From Macrostomum lignano (Eukaryota), in the NCBI GenBank assembly GCA_002269645.1, contig NIVC01000522.1, positions 486,996 through 550,995 on the forward strand: a stretch of 64,000 nt of DNA. Direction: 5' to 3'. A program made the position numbers and the translations under genes. Below, one piece after another: positions 9,695 through 21,657 of this stretch. The notes under the pieces were generated by a model. It had not been told where the DNA came from. It saw only the letters and a list, made by a program, of their open reading frames with translations, and made no database searches. The first letter of the stretch is position 1. Each line of letters begins with the position of its first letter.

Positions 9695-12600
9695 TGTGGT
9701 GACCGGAACAACGGAGTAGCTCTATCGGCAAAGCCGTCAAAGCGAATGTATTTCAGTGCTTAAGATCAAAGATGAGCAAGCATATTACGAGCGTAGTATA
9801 AGATTAAAAGCCAGAGCGGTGGATATTAACGATGGTATGCGACCGAGGGAACTGTAGAGCGGGAGATATAACCATAGACTATATACTAGTGTGACAAGCT
9901 TCGACTGGGGCTGCGTCATGTCCCCCTGTAACGGGAGTGACGTGAACATTCATACGAACAGTAAGAACATTTCCTAATACTTTGTTGTCAATTAGCCGAG
10001 GCGAGAACATACGCTATAGTGTTATCAGAGGCTGTTTGGCATGTCGTAACATTTTAAACAATGACACGTGATGGTCGGCCGGCGATTGGTTCGACGTGGG
10101 GATGTGCCTGAAGACTCAGCAGGGGCCACCGGGTCTTCCTGACGGCCGGTTGTGCTTTCGGGCTGCGTTTCCGGGTCCGCATCTGTGGCATTCCCGGAGC
10201 TATCAGCGGCATCCTCCTCTGGATCCTGGTTCGGGTCTGGTGCTAGCTGGTTGGTACTGGCGAGGCGCAAGTTATCTCCATCGCAAATCCAAGCGGTGTT
10301 GCGGCCTTGGTGCATGACGTACTCTACACGTTTAGGCAGCTCATCGTTGGTCAACTGATACAGCACGCTCTCACCTTGCTGGAATGGCGAGACCACAGGG
10401 ACTCGGATTGGCCGACCGAAGACCAACTCGGCCGGGCTCTTTCCACGAGTGTGCGACGAAACTCGGTGGTGCAGCAGAACTCTCTGTAAAAACGGGGTGA
10501 ACTCTGTGTGGGTTATGCGATCATCCCAGGCACGCAGGGCGCGCTTGACAGTTTGCACGGCCCGTTCGGCGGCTCCATTAGCCTGGGGGTAATATGTTGG
10601 CGATTCGAGTTTGCGAACCCCATTTGCCTTCAGCCAGAGGCGCACTTGGTCGCTAGTAAACTCTGGAGCATTGTCGGAGACCAGCAACTCAGGGATTCCG
10701 AAACGAGTGAATACGGTCCGAAGCGATGAGATTACAGATTTTGAGGAGCGGTCCTTGCATGGAAACGCTTCAATCCATCCTGAGAAAGTATCGACGATTA
10801 TTAATATGTTTCCCGCGCGTTGTACAAAGGCCCAATCCATATGCAGTTTTTGGAAAGCGTACTCGGCAGATGGCCATGCGTGTCGTTCTTGTGATAATCT
10901 TGGTCGCAACTGATTGCAGATCGGACAGTTACGGACGAAGCGTTCAAAATCTGCGCGCATTCCTGGCCACCAGCAGGACAAGGCCATGTAATTGTAGGCG
11001 GAGATGTAGCCTGAGTTGGTGGTGTGTGCAGTGCGGAATGCCTCGGCTCTCAGGCGTGACGGAATAAATATGCGACGTCCATGAACAAGTAGACCACCTT
11101 CTATGGTGAGGCTGTCAGAAACCTTAGCGAAGGGTCTTTCCGCCTGAGATCAGCCCGTCCACCTTCCAGTTTTAACACGATTAATTACGCTCTGAATAAC
11201 TGGATCCATCTCCAATTCTGCTAGAATGCGGTGCTGTGGTACCATGGGCGTCTCAAACGCGACGCAGTTTATAGCATCGGACAGCTCTGCCGTGTCTGCC
11301 GACGGGTCAGTAAAGCGTAAACGAGACAGAGCGTCTGCGTGAGGTATTTGGGACCCTGGCGTGTATTGAATTTCGTAGTCATAGTGCATCATTGCAAGTG
11401 CCCATCTCGAGATGCGAACAGATATGTTGGTGGGCACGCCACGCGACTGGCCAAACAGACGAATCAAAGGTTGGTGATCTGTCTGTATGGTGAATTTTCG
11501 GCCCATGAGATAATGCTTGAGACGATTGACGGCCCAGAATATGGCCAGCGCTTCCCGTTCGATGTTCGAATAGTTCTTTTCGGCGCTGGACAAACAACGA
11601 GATATGAATATTACTGGGTGACCGTCTTGCGTGACGACGCCGGCAAGTGCACCTTTGGAAGCATCAGTTGTGAGCGATAACTCCTTCTCCAGCGAGTATG
11701 GCTGGACCACGGGTGCCGACGAGATTTCCCTTTTTAACGCTATAAACGCTCTATCGCACTCGGCTGACCAAACAAATGTGGCGTCATCACGCCGGAGGTT
11801 ATGCAAACATTTCGTTTTGCCAGCAAAGTTTGGGACCAGCCGGCCAAAGAAATTAACTAGACCGAGAAACTGCTCCAGTTCCTTGCGGTTTGAAGGCGTG
11901 GCTATGTCCAAGATCTTCTTGACGAGTCTGTCGTCCGGTCGAATTCCAGAAGCAGAGACTCAAAAACCTAGAAACGATATTTCGTCACACTCCGCGTTTA
12001 TCCTCGTTGATAGTGACTTTTTTTTCGCGCAGTCTAGTCTTCACGGCCTGCAGCCGTTTGCTGAGTGAGGATGAGTTCTCGGCAAAAATAAGCACATCGT
12101 CCTGGTAAACGAGCACGCCCTTAAGGTCATGAAGGATGTTTTCCATGGCTCGTTGGAAAATGAAGGATGAATTTTTCATGCCCATTTGAAGGCGGTTGAC
12201 TCGAAACAAGCCCTTTGACGTGTTGATAGTCGACAGGTCCTGAGCATTCTCGTCGAGCTCTATTTGCCAGTAAGCAGATCGCAAATCGATGGAGGCAAAT
12301 TTCTTCGCATTCTTCAGTTTTGCGAATAGGCACTCAACGTTCGGGATGGGGTACGCGTCGGATTTTATCTGGGCGTTGACGTGGACGCTGTAGTCAGCGC
12401 ACATTCTGAGCGACCCATCCTTTTTTTCACCCAAACAACAGGCGAAGCGTTACTCACCGGGCCCTCAATAGGTTCGATGACGCCTAGAGCTTGCAATCTC
12501 TCCAGCTCGGAATTTACCGCAGCCTCCATAGCAATGGGAACTAGGCGGGCCCGGCAGAATCTGGGCTGAGCGCCATCGACTAGTTGCATAGTTGCCTTCA

Positions 12601-13600
12601 CACCCTTGATTTTGGGTAGACGTGTCGGTGGTGGCACTGGTGCTAGATTGGGCTGACACGCTGCAGAAGTGCTGAACACTTAGTCAGCATGGATAAGGTC
12701 CCGTCCAAGCAAGCCAAATGGCTTCGAGGCTTGAACCACAATCAGATCCACCGGGTGCAGCCGCCCGCGAAATTCGATGGCGGTTGACAACTATCCCAGT
12801 ACTTGCATCTCATGCCCGTCAAGCTTGCAGGCGGCGCTGGCAGCGAAGCAGCGCCGGGCGGTCGAGGCGCTCCCAGAGTTTTGAAGACAGCACACTGATT
12901 GCCGCGCCCATGTCCAGTTGCATTGGAATCGATATTCCATCAACGATGATTTGCTCTTTGGCTTCTTCCATTGAGTGGATCGAGTCGGTGGTTTCGAGCT
13001 GAAGAATTTCGCCGCTAGACTGCCCCTGCGAAAGGGCAGGGAGGCTCTCAGCCTGAACCGTATGGATAGCCGAAATTGCAGTGCCGAGCGGCCTGTCGCA
13101 AACGCGCCAGGAAATCAGGCAGTTTCTCTCCATGAGCTTGGCGGAGAGTGTAAAAGCGAGTCTGCTCAGCTAGAATCAACTTGGACTTTGGTTTCAGATA
13201 TGCTGTTATAGCTTCTTCCATCGTGGCAAAGTTGACTGTGTCCACCTCCTTTGGTGCGATTAATAGGCTCAGCTTTTCCAGAGTTTGCAGACCACAGGTA
13301 GCAATAAAGTTGTCGGAAATCTGTCGATTGTTGTCTTCATCAGACCAGCCTTTCGCGCGAGCTAGTGCGCGAAACGCGGTAAGCCACGTCGATGCTCGTT
13401 CTGCTTCTGTAAGGACCAGCGGTTCAAGCTGCGACGCTATTGTGGTGACCGGAACAACGGATTAGCTGTATCGGCAAAGCCGTCAAAGCGAATGTATTTC
13501 AGTACTTAAGATCAAAGATGAGCAAGCATATTAGTATAAGAATAAAAGCCAGAGCGGTGGATATTAACGATGGAATGCGACCGACGGAACCGAGTGACCG
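9695..13600 (-). mobile_element. Decayed Ty3/Gypsy LTR retrotransposon
   Basis: Direct repeat starting TGTGGTGACCGG at 9695 and 13441, giving CA ends on the minus strand. PBS-like TAGCGTCGCAG lies next to the 5' LTR. A PPT-like ACAGGGGGACA is at about 9919-9929. Gene order is gag-PR-RT-RH-IN. Confidence 0.85.
10025..13460 (-). pseudogene. Gypsy gag-pol with stops, frameshifts and an internal gag deletion
   Basis: gag LILAEQTRF...LARLRQAARHCNFG; protease LDMGAAISV; RT KDGSLRMCADY, YQDD; RNase H TTDASK, YSNIEREALA, TDHQPL; integrase CPIC, LHMDW, VSDNAPEF, ANGAAERAV. Confidence 0.92.
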
Positions 13601-14115
13601 AGGAGCAAACTGTAAGCACTGCCGAAATATCACATCTGATAGAGGGCAGAAGCAAAGTAGAGAAATTATTTGCTTTGCGAGCGTGCATCAATAAGTACAA
13701 CGAGTCTGAAAAAACCGTGAAACGGGTTTGTAAAGATATAAAAAATTAACAAAACTTATCGACAGGTTTTTTGTAAAAAATTAGAAGTTTTTATTTATTG
13801 TAAGTAAATCTGCAAAGAAGAAACAATCGTCCAAAAAATCTTTCCAATCAAACAAGTCTCTTCATTTTATAGTTTTTGAAAAGAAACTATATTAGAAATT
13901 TTCCTTCATAGTAAAGCAACTAATTTGCCTTTCAATCGCACATAATCTACAGAAATTCTTGCTCTAACCACTGAAAGTAAACGCTGCATTCATTACTGAT
14001 ATCGCGCCTTGGGTTGCAGAAGGTCCTTCGCCATCAACTTGTGAGGCTGACACAATGCCCAAACTGACTCTGCAGTTTAAATCGGAAAGTATTTTTATTT
14101 TAGAATTTAAAGTCC

Positions 14116-15765
14116 CTAATTTTCACGGTTCGCCACCTTCAGCCGGTGCTCGATGGTCGCATGGACGACGCCCTCAGTGCCCAGCAGGATCTGCTCCCGC
14201 TGCTCCGCAGTCCACGAGTCCGCTTCGAATCGGAAGTGCTGCATGAAGGTCACGAAGAACAAGAACACCTCCATGCGAGCCAGAACCTCTCCGAGACACG
14301 AGCGCTTGCCGATTCCGAACGGATTCAAATACTCCGACGCCTTGTACTGACCCTCCGGAGTAAGGAAGCGGTCAGGATCGAACTTGTCCGGGTTGGGGAA
14401 GTATCGCTCGTCATGATGAAGGCCGTACAGGTTGACGAAGATCATGGCATCGGAGGAGATGTTGTAGCCACTGAACTCCGTGTCCTGTGCAAAGTAGGAT
14501 ATCAAAGATTATACTTTAAGATATAGCAAGTGCTCCTAAGTGTACATTCAGCTAATGTTCTTATACTATTAATAAGGATTTCTGACAGTACACATAGAAT
14601 TCCCCCCTAAGAGTATATACAATACCTCAATAGCCCGATGGTCGACAGACATCGGAACAAGAGTAGAAATGCGTTGACACTCGTCCAGAAACGCCTGGCA
14701 GTAGTGCAGCTCCTTCTTGTCCTTCAGGCTGGCTTGTCGCTTGCCGATCTTGGCCATGATCTCAGCGTGGCAGCGGTCCTGCAGCTCCGGGTTCAGCGCC
14801 GCGTAAATCAGACTCCAACCGAGGGTGTTGCTGCTGGTATCCACGCCTGCGATGTACAGCTCCCAGATGGTCTTCACCAGCTGAAGGTCAGTGAATGTTC
14901 CCAGGTCGACGCCCCGTCTGTGCTGCTCTTGCAGATAAGCCTCCACATAGTTGCTGGGCTCGTCGTCGACATTGTACTTGCTGCGGATCTCCTCCACTTT
15001 TCGTTTGCTGAGGTCCTCGACCCACGTAATAGCGTCGAACTGTTTCTTGTTTGCTGGAGACAAGGCGAGCGCCGTTTCGACAGGCATGAACCGATAGAAT
15101 GCGGTGATCAGGCCCACAAGGTTTTGGTTAGTCAGACTTCCGAGCTTTCCTAGAAACTCGTTGAACTCGGGGTCCTCATAGCTACTGAAGTTGGAGAAGA
15201 TGAACCGAGTGACCACATTGGCCACGGCCTTGCTGATGAAGTCTCGTGGATCAACCAGCTGACCTTCCTTCGACCTCAGAAAGTTCACGACTTGCCCAGC
15301 CTCATCCTGGATGTGTTCCTCCGAAGCGTTTCGACCGAACCCGAAGTCCTTGAGAACACGAAGTGCAAAGCGTCTGTGCTCCTGCCACAGAGCGCCCTCA
15401 GAGCCAACAATTCCGGCCTCTTTGAAGAGAAACCTGTGAAAGTTGGTGTTCGACCGGCCATTGAACTTATCTGCATGCGTTACGAACATCTCGCGCAAAG
15501 CTGGATAACCGGACACTAAGATAAACTCTTGGGTTCCGAGTCGAAATGAGGCAAGGTCTCCGAACTTCTTCTGGATCTCCTGCATCAGCAGGAAAAGTCG
15601 GTAGCGCTTGTCGTTGGCAGTTCGCCACATGACCAGAGGCAGCAGGCCGAAGCCGGGAACGCCGACAGGGCCCGGAGGCGACTTGCTGAGAGCTCGCTTG
15701 ATGTAGGCATAGGCGCAGACGGCTAGGACAGCCACGGCAAGCCCAAATGAGAAGGTGCTGAGCAT
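14116..15765 (-). CDS. Cytochrome P450, CYP2-clan paralog B; 2 exons (15765-14626, 14484-14116), 502 aa
   Basis: PPGP hinge, WQEHR, I-helix AGVDTS, DECQR (ExxR), PDRF, heme motif FGIGKRSCLG. A phase-0 GT..CAG intron joins HRAIE to DTEFSGY. Confidence 0.96.
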
Positions 15766-15846
15766 TTTTGGTCGGATTGAATTTAACTCGATAACAGTAT
15801 CGAAACTTTTTCACCTTCCCTACTCATATATTCATTTTAGTCTAAT

Positions 15847-15881
15847 GAACTTGAGCAAAGGTCGTTTCTAGGCAGATTTCA
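15847..15881. promoter_or_regulatory. Conserved upstream block of CYP paralog B (HNF4/DR1-like site)
   Basis: GAACTTGAGCAAAGGTCGTTTCTAGGCAGATTTCA, matching 906-940. Confidence 0.45.
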
Positions 15882-16470
15882 AACGAATACTCTCTGAACT
15901 TGACTTTAAGGTTTGTTTATCTACTTGCTATATCTTTAAGTCGATTTGAGAAAGCCATTTTTAGAGAAAACAGTGCGGTGAGTAGTGTTTTGACCAAATC
16001 ATTTTTGGTAGACATTTGCGAGAGATAGACACGTACATTGCAGAAAAAATTCACTGGTACTCTGATAAGGTCATAAATTGGCAAGAGTCTCACAGCGTCT
16101 ACAAATGAAAGCTTAGTTGTTTTACATCTAGTAGGAGTTTTTAAGGGCCTGTCAACTTGAGCTCACAAAGTGGAGCCCGAGTCACCTATGTACACAAATG
16201 ATACGTCATTCTGCTCACATTGACACCAGAAAGTTAGATTTGGCAAAAAAGTTACAAAAATTGGACCTCGGATAGGAGAGAACAAGCAAAGGGACAATTA
16301 GGGACTAATGTGAACTTAATATCATAAGGAAATTAAGGTATTGTTGAATGTTATAAATGGGCATCTAGTTGTAGTTTGCCCTTTTTAATTTCAATATGTG
16401 CAGAAGAAGTCTTATAATTTCAATTGCTCTTCTGTTCAACTGCAAGTTTCGATCGCAAGTTGCCAAGCTG

Positions 16471-17002
16471 CAAGTTGTTAGGCCGCAAGCTGTTAGACCA
16501 CTAGCTGTTAGGCCGCAAGCTGTTAGGCCACAAGTTGTTAGGCCACAACCTGTTAGGCCACTAGCTGTTAGGCCACAAGCTGTTAGGCCACTAGCTGTTA
16601 GACCACTAGCTGTTAGGCCGCAAGCTGTTAGGCCACAAGCTGTTAGACCACTAGCTGTTAGGCCGCAAGCTGTTAGGCCACAAGCTGTTAGGCCACTAGC
16701 TGTTAGGCCGCAAGCTGTTAGGCCACAAGTTGTTAGGCCACTAGCTGTTAAGCCGCAAGCTGTTAGACCACTAGCTGTTAGGCCGCAAGTTGTTAGGCCA
16801 CAAGTTGTTAGGCCACAAACTGTTAGGCCGCAAGTTGTTAGGCCGCAAGTTGTTAGGCCGCAAGTTGTTAGGCCGCAAGTTGTTAGGCCACAAGCTGTTA
16901 GGCCACTAGCTGTTAGGCCACAAGTTGTTAGGCCACAAGCTGTTAGGCCGTAAGTTGTTAGGCCGCAAGTTGTTAGGCCCCAAGTTGTTAGGCCGCAAGT
17001 TG
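16471..17002. repeat. 15-bp minisatellite (G(C/T)TGTTAGGCC(G/A)CAA)
   Basis: About 35 units. It explains the (VRPQA)n ORF. Confidence 0.96.
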
Positions 17003-17570
17003 AAAAATTATTCTTTTCCGCGCTCGTATTTATAATAAAACTGCCTCAGTCAACATTATTTGTAACCAATAGCAATCGTAGCAAAAGATTTCGAATGGCT
17101 AGAAAGTCTGGGAATTATATTTGATGAGAAAGTTTGGACGCCTGCATGCCAGTTTCATGGGAACACGGCTCGATCGGACCCGGCCGTCGTGCATCCACCA
17201 GTGTTGCAGCTGTATCGCTGTGGCAGATCTTTGGCGCTGATTTCAGCAGTTTTCGTGGGAACACGACGTTCTGAGTGCAAGCCAATTTCAGACGGCTGAA
17301 ATTTCTCAACTTTCACTTTTGCAAACAATTAAGCGTGGGAAGCACAATGAGCTCCTGCTGAACTGGTCTTGCTGTCCTGGGCTGATCGGCTGATTTTTAA
17401 TGTGTGTTACTGCTGAGATCGTTGATGCTGCTGCTACTGCTGGTGCGAGCCGAGCTACGTTGGGTTTCTTAGACAAAGGCTAGCGTCGACAACGTTGGGG
17501 CATACTTTTTAACTTTGGTCCCCTCGCTCCAGGCTCACATTGGGTCCTCTCGTTGCCGTCCAGACTCGGT

Positions 17571-17745
17571 CAGGTGACACGTCCAGATGACACGTCCAGG
17601 TGACACGTCCAGGTGACACGTCCAGATGACACGTCCAGGTGACACGTCCAGGTGACACGTCCAGGTGACACGTCCAGGTGACACGTCCAGATGACACGTC
17701 CAGGTGACACGTCTAAATGACACGTCCAGGTGACACGTCCAGGTG
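17571..17745. repeat. 13-bp minisatellite (GTGACACGTCCAG)
   Basis: About 13 near-perfect units. Confidence 0.96.
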
Positions 17746-18762
17746 CCCTAGCCTTTATCCTTGTTCCTAAACTTAAAAGCATTTTCTCATGGCTCATATT
17801 GTCTGTATCATGTTTGCTATATTTTGCTATGATTATACAATAGTTGCGTGACGAGTCCCCACCCCCTGGTGTCACTGTGAGCAGAATGACGAATCATTTG
17901 TGTATCTGGTACATAGGTTACTCGGGCTCCACTTTATGAGCGGAAGTTGACAGGCCCTTTCTACGTGTTCTTTTAATATTTCCAGTTGAAATTCCACTCA
18001 ATCGATGAAAAGCGACAGATCTTACACTCGTAAGTGGCTAAGTTGCGTTATTTTACTATTCTTGAGAAGAACCCAAGAACTCACCTTAGGCAGAATATTT
18101 GGAAGAGAGTAAACTGTGACCTTTTGGCCGGAGTAACGCCCGGACTGAGACAGGAACCCTTAATAGAAGCAATTAGAAAGATTTGAATAGGGGATAAATA
18201 CATGAAATAACATAATGTATATAGTGTCATAACACTGGGATATATGTTTGTGGCGACTCCTCAAGTCCTTGGACTGAACAGCCGTACGCAGCCGTACGCA
18301 GCGCGATAGCTGCGGCTGAGCTGTGAGTTGCAAACTTATAATTTTCTCTATAATATCCTACATATTCTGCTTTCAATAGTAGTACAACGTGTATTTATGC
18401 AACGCTAGTTCGTGCCCCGTGCATACTGGACTGTCCACTAAACGTTGCCAGTTGTTTATTTATGAAAATCAACCCTGCAGCCAACAAGCATTCAAGTACT
18501 GTTGACCATAGCAACAGCGCACTCACACAGCCCGAAAGCCGCGCAGACTATCCATGCAGCTTTGGACTAACTAAAAGCAGCCTCGCTATTGGCTGAGTGG
18601 CTGAGGCTTGGCCGCACCCACTGCTGCCCCCTCACCCACTCCGCTGTAGAAACCTCGGAGATAAAAGCGCACACACAATGGCACTGGAGCCCCACCGGCA
18701 CACAAAACGCGCGTGTAATAAGTTTCAAATTTCTAAAGCAGATCAGTTGACAAGAACTAGTC

Positions 18763-19473
18763 ATGGCCGACTGCAAAGCCAGCTTTCTCGCTTTCTGCGA
18801 TGCCACAAAGAAAGGCTCAGACAAGGCCAGCGACAAGACAATCAAGAAGATCTTCACCGACTGCAAGGTCTTTCCAGCTCTTAAGATGACTTCGAACGAT
18901 ATGGACATTTCCATTTCCTCCTACAAGGGAAAGGCCAAGCTGAAGGGGTAAAAATCGTTCGATCCTACCGTTAGCATTCCGAAGCAATAACTTGTTTCAT
19001 AGCATTTCTACTAAAACTTTCTCACCCATTCCAGCGACCTCGACTACAATAACTTTTGCGCCTTCATCACGCACTTCTGCGCCGAGGCGGCCACCAAGAA
19101 GAAGGTCTCCGACGCCGCTAAAGCCGAGGCGGATGTGAAGAAGCTGATCGCTGATAACAAGCCGTCTGCCCACGGAGCAACTGTAAAGAATCATTCTGTT
19201 ACATGTAGATCAATTCATTGCACATATCAGCGTATTTTGAGTACACGTAGTTTCACCAATTCGCTACGAAACTGCTTTCAGGCTGCTAGCAAAGACGACG
19301 CCACCTCTCGTCTGACTGACGTCAAAGGCTACACGGGAGCTCACAAGGAGCGCTTTGACGCCGACACAGGCAAAGGCAAAGGCAAGGAGGGTCGCGAGTA
19401 CGTCGCCGACAAGAAGGCCGCGGAAGGATACGTCGGCGGCTACAAGAACATGGACACCTACAATAAGAAGTAA
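18763..19473 (+). CDS. TPPP: Tubulin polymerization-promoting protein (p25-alpha family); exons 18763-18947, 19035-19182, 19282-19473
   Basis: Spliced frame reads ...KIFTDCKV...SNDMDI...HGAT|[47 protein letters not shown], the hallmark TPPP C-terminal motif. GT-AG sites are phase-compatible. Confidence 0.93.
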
Positions 19474-20939
19474 AATTGTAATGCGGACTGCGACGGACAC
19501 CCACGTGTCGATAGAATAACATTTGCTTTTTCTATACGCTTTCTATTCGTATACTCTGTTTGCTGTGTATGCAACTTTTTGGCACTTTTCTAGCAACTTG
19601 TAATTTGAATCATTTTTTTATTCTGACATCTCTTTAACTTTGTACTCGGAGAGAATTACAGTACGGTAGTGATTTAAGTAGAAATCACGTCGCTTTTTCT
19701 TCTAGCTATAGTTGTTCAAGTGCTTCGGTCCGCTTTTAGGCGAATTCACTTCTCAAAAAACAAAATATACGGGCTATAATAGTGATAATAATATTATACA
19801 CATGCACAATGGAGCAACTGTCTTTTGAATCTGTATCGCATTCAAAAGCTACTCATTCTGCGCAATCGCTGGGAATGGCATTGAGAGCGGCCTCAGCCAG
19901 GGATAAGCCTCCACAATGCTGGTGGAGGCAACTCTGTCAATAGGAAGTGCGCCACAATGGGGGGGGGACTGGATCGGATAGAATGTGAAGCGCAAACATA
20001 AACTGCTGAGTTCTCGCGCGCTCTCGCTGGGTAAATAACATAAAAGTACACTGAGTTCACGGGCTTAGCTCAGACACACACAGGCCAATCTGAATGGCAT
20101 GTTTAGGGCTGCGGGCGGGTGCTGTGCTCACTGCAGTTGGGGCTGAATAAACTGAAGATATTTAGCTTAGGAAAGACTCAAGCTGAGTTGAGTAGAATAT
20201 GAGTGGAATCTTACAAGCAGAGCAGCCGAATGCAGCATATAGTTGTATTTTCATTGTTGACGCACGGGTCGTTCTATTTCTTTCTGAGCAGCTTTAAGTG
20301 TTGAGTCGCCATCTTGCAATGGCCTTGTTTACGCTAAGGCAGGCAAGGGTTCTGTCTGTCTCACTCTGTTTTCCTTCCCTAGAAGCACGTTTCTGAGATT
20401 TCTGAGAATGTAGATTTTTTGTCATCGCTGTTTATTGTTTACTCAGCTAATTTATTTTCCTGTGCTCCGTCTGTCTTCCTGACGTAGACAGAGGTTCACC
20501 TCGACTTTCTTTTTACCTTTACAGCTAAACATTAATGAAAATCATTAAGACCCAACTTTTTGCGTCTCTTAACTGTGCGCAATAGCAATCGCCCGATCTA
20601 GCTATTCTACTCCTTAAAAAGTACACTGGCATAGCATAAGTAATGTCTATAAATGAGCGTTGTGTTTTACTGTACTCGTAAAACTTTCCTTATCACAGCA
20701 ATCGAATCTTTGCAGCTCGGTTTTATTGCATGGCTCAAAGCCAATCTGTCTTGCATGGCTCAAAGCGCACCATGAAACTGCTTTTGAGGGGTGTAAAAGT
20801 TGAGAAAAAAATCTTATCGAAAACATGCAACAATAAGAAAATATTCCTTGGCGATTATTTATTTTGGAGACCTCTGTAGGAAGCACCCCATCCGAAGCTG
20901 GAGCCTCTTTAACCTCTCCCTTCATGGTACACCGGCATC

Positions 20940-21657
20940 CCCTCTGTAGCTGTCGCCTCTCTCTGTAGCTGGTGACCCCCTCTGTAGCTGTCGCCCTCTG
21001 TAGCTGTCGCCCCTCTGTAGCTGGTGACCCTCTGTAGCTGTCCTGTCGCCCTCTGTAGCTGTCGCCCTCTGTAGCTGTCGCCCTCTGTAGCTGTCGCCCT
21101 CTGTAGCTGTCGCCCTCTGTAGCTGTCGCCCTCTGTAGCTGTCGCCCTCTGTAGCTGTCGCCCTCTGTATCTGTCGCCTCTCTCTGTAGCTGGTGACCCC
21201 CCTCTGTAGCTGTCGCCCTCTGTAGCTGTCGCCCTCTGTAGCTGTCGCCCTCTCTGTAGCTGGTGACCCCCCTCTGTAGCTGTCGCCCTCTCTGTAGCTG
21301 GTGACCCCCCTCTGTAGCTGTCGCCCTCTCTGTAGCTGGTGACCCCCCTCTGTAGCTGTCGCCCTCTGTAGCTGTCGCCCTCTCTGTAGCTGGTGACCCC
21401 CCTCTGTAGCTGTCGCCCTCTCTGTAGCTGGTGACCCCCCTCTGTAGCTGTCGCCCTCTCTGTAGCTGGTGACCCCCCTCTGTAGCTGTCACCCTCTCTG
21501 TAGCTGGTGACCCCCCTCTGTAGCTGTCGCCCTCTCTGTAGCTGGTGACCCCCCCTCTGTAGCTGTCATCCCCTCTGTAGCTGTCACCCCCTCTGTAGCT
21601 GGTGACCCCCCCTTTGTAGCTGGTGACCCCCCTCTGTAGCTGGTGACCCCCCCCCTC
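20940..21657. repeat. Compound 15-21 bp minisatellite (CCTCTGTAGCTGTCGC / CCTCTGTAGCTGGTGACC)
   Basis: Two interleaved unit types. It produces the spurious 20647..21669 ORF. Confidence 0.93.

Larger units (their letters stand above)
16145..17957. mobile_element. Non-autonomous DNA transposon (about 1.8 kb) with about 90-bp imperfect TIRs, enclosing two minisatellites
   Basis: 16143-16230 (AAGGGCCTGTCAACTT..AAAGTGGAGCCCGAGT.ACCTATGTAC..CATTCTGCTCACA.TGACACCA) is the reverse complement of 17867-17959. The left flank is TTAA and the right flank TTTC, so the TSD is not clean and the superfamily is uncertain (Kolobok-like possible). Confidence 0.75.

Noticed and set aside
8463-9740. Four long overlapping ORFs (341-425 aa)
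   Set aside because: They are products of a stop-free 20-bp repeat. The same applies to the ORFs over 16396-16953, 20647-21669, 31737-32698, 33773-34222, 36195-36689, 37112-37617, 43782-44749 and 50137-50609.
19905-20280. Possible Helitron 3' ends (hairpin GCCTCCAC..GTGGAGGC; GCACGGG..CTA)
   Set aside because: No hairpin is followed by CTRR at the right spacing, and no 5' TC end or Rep/helicase was identified.
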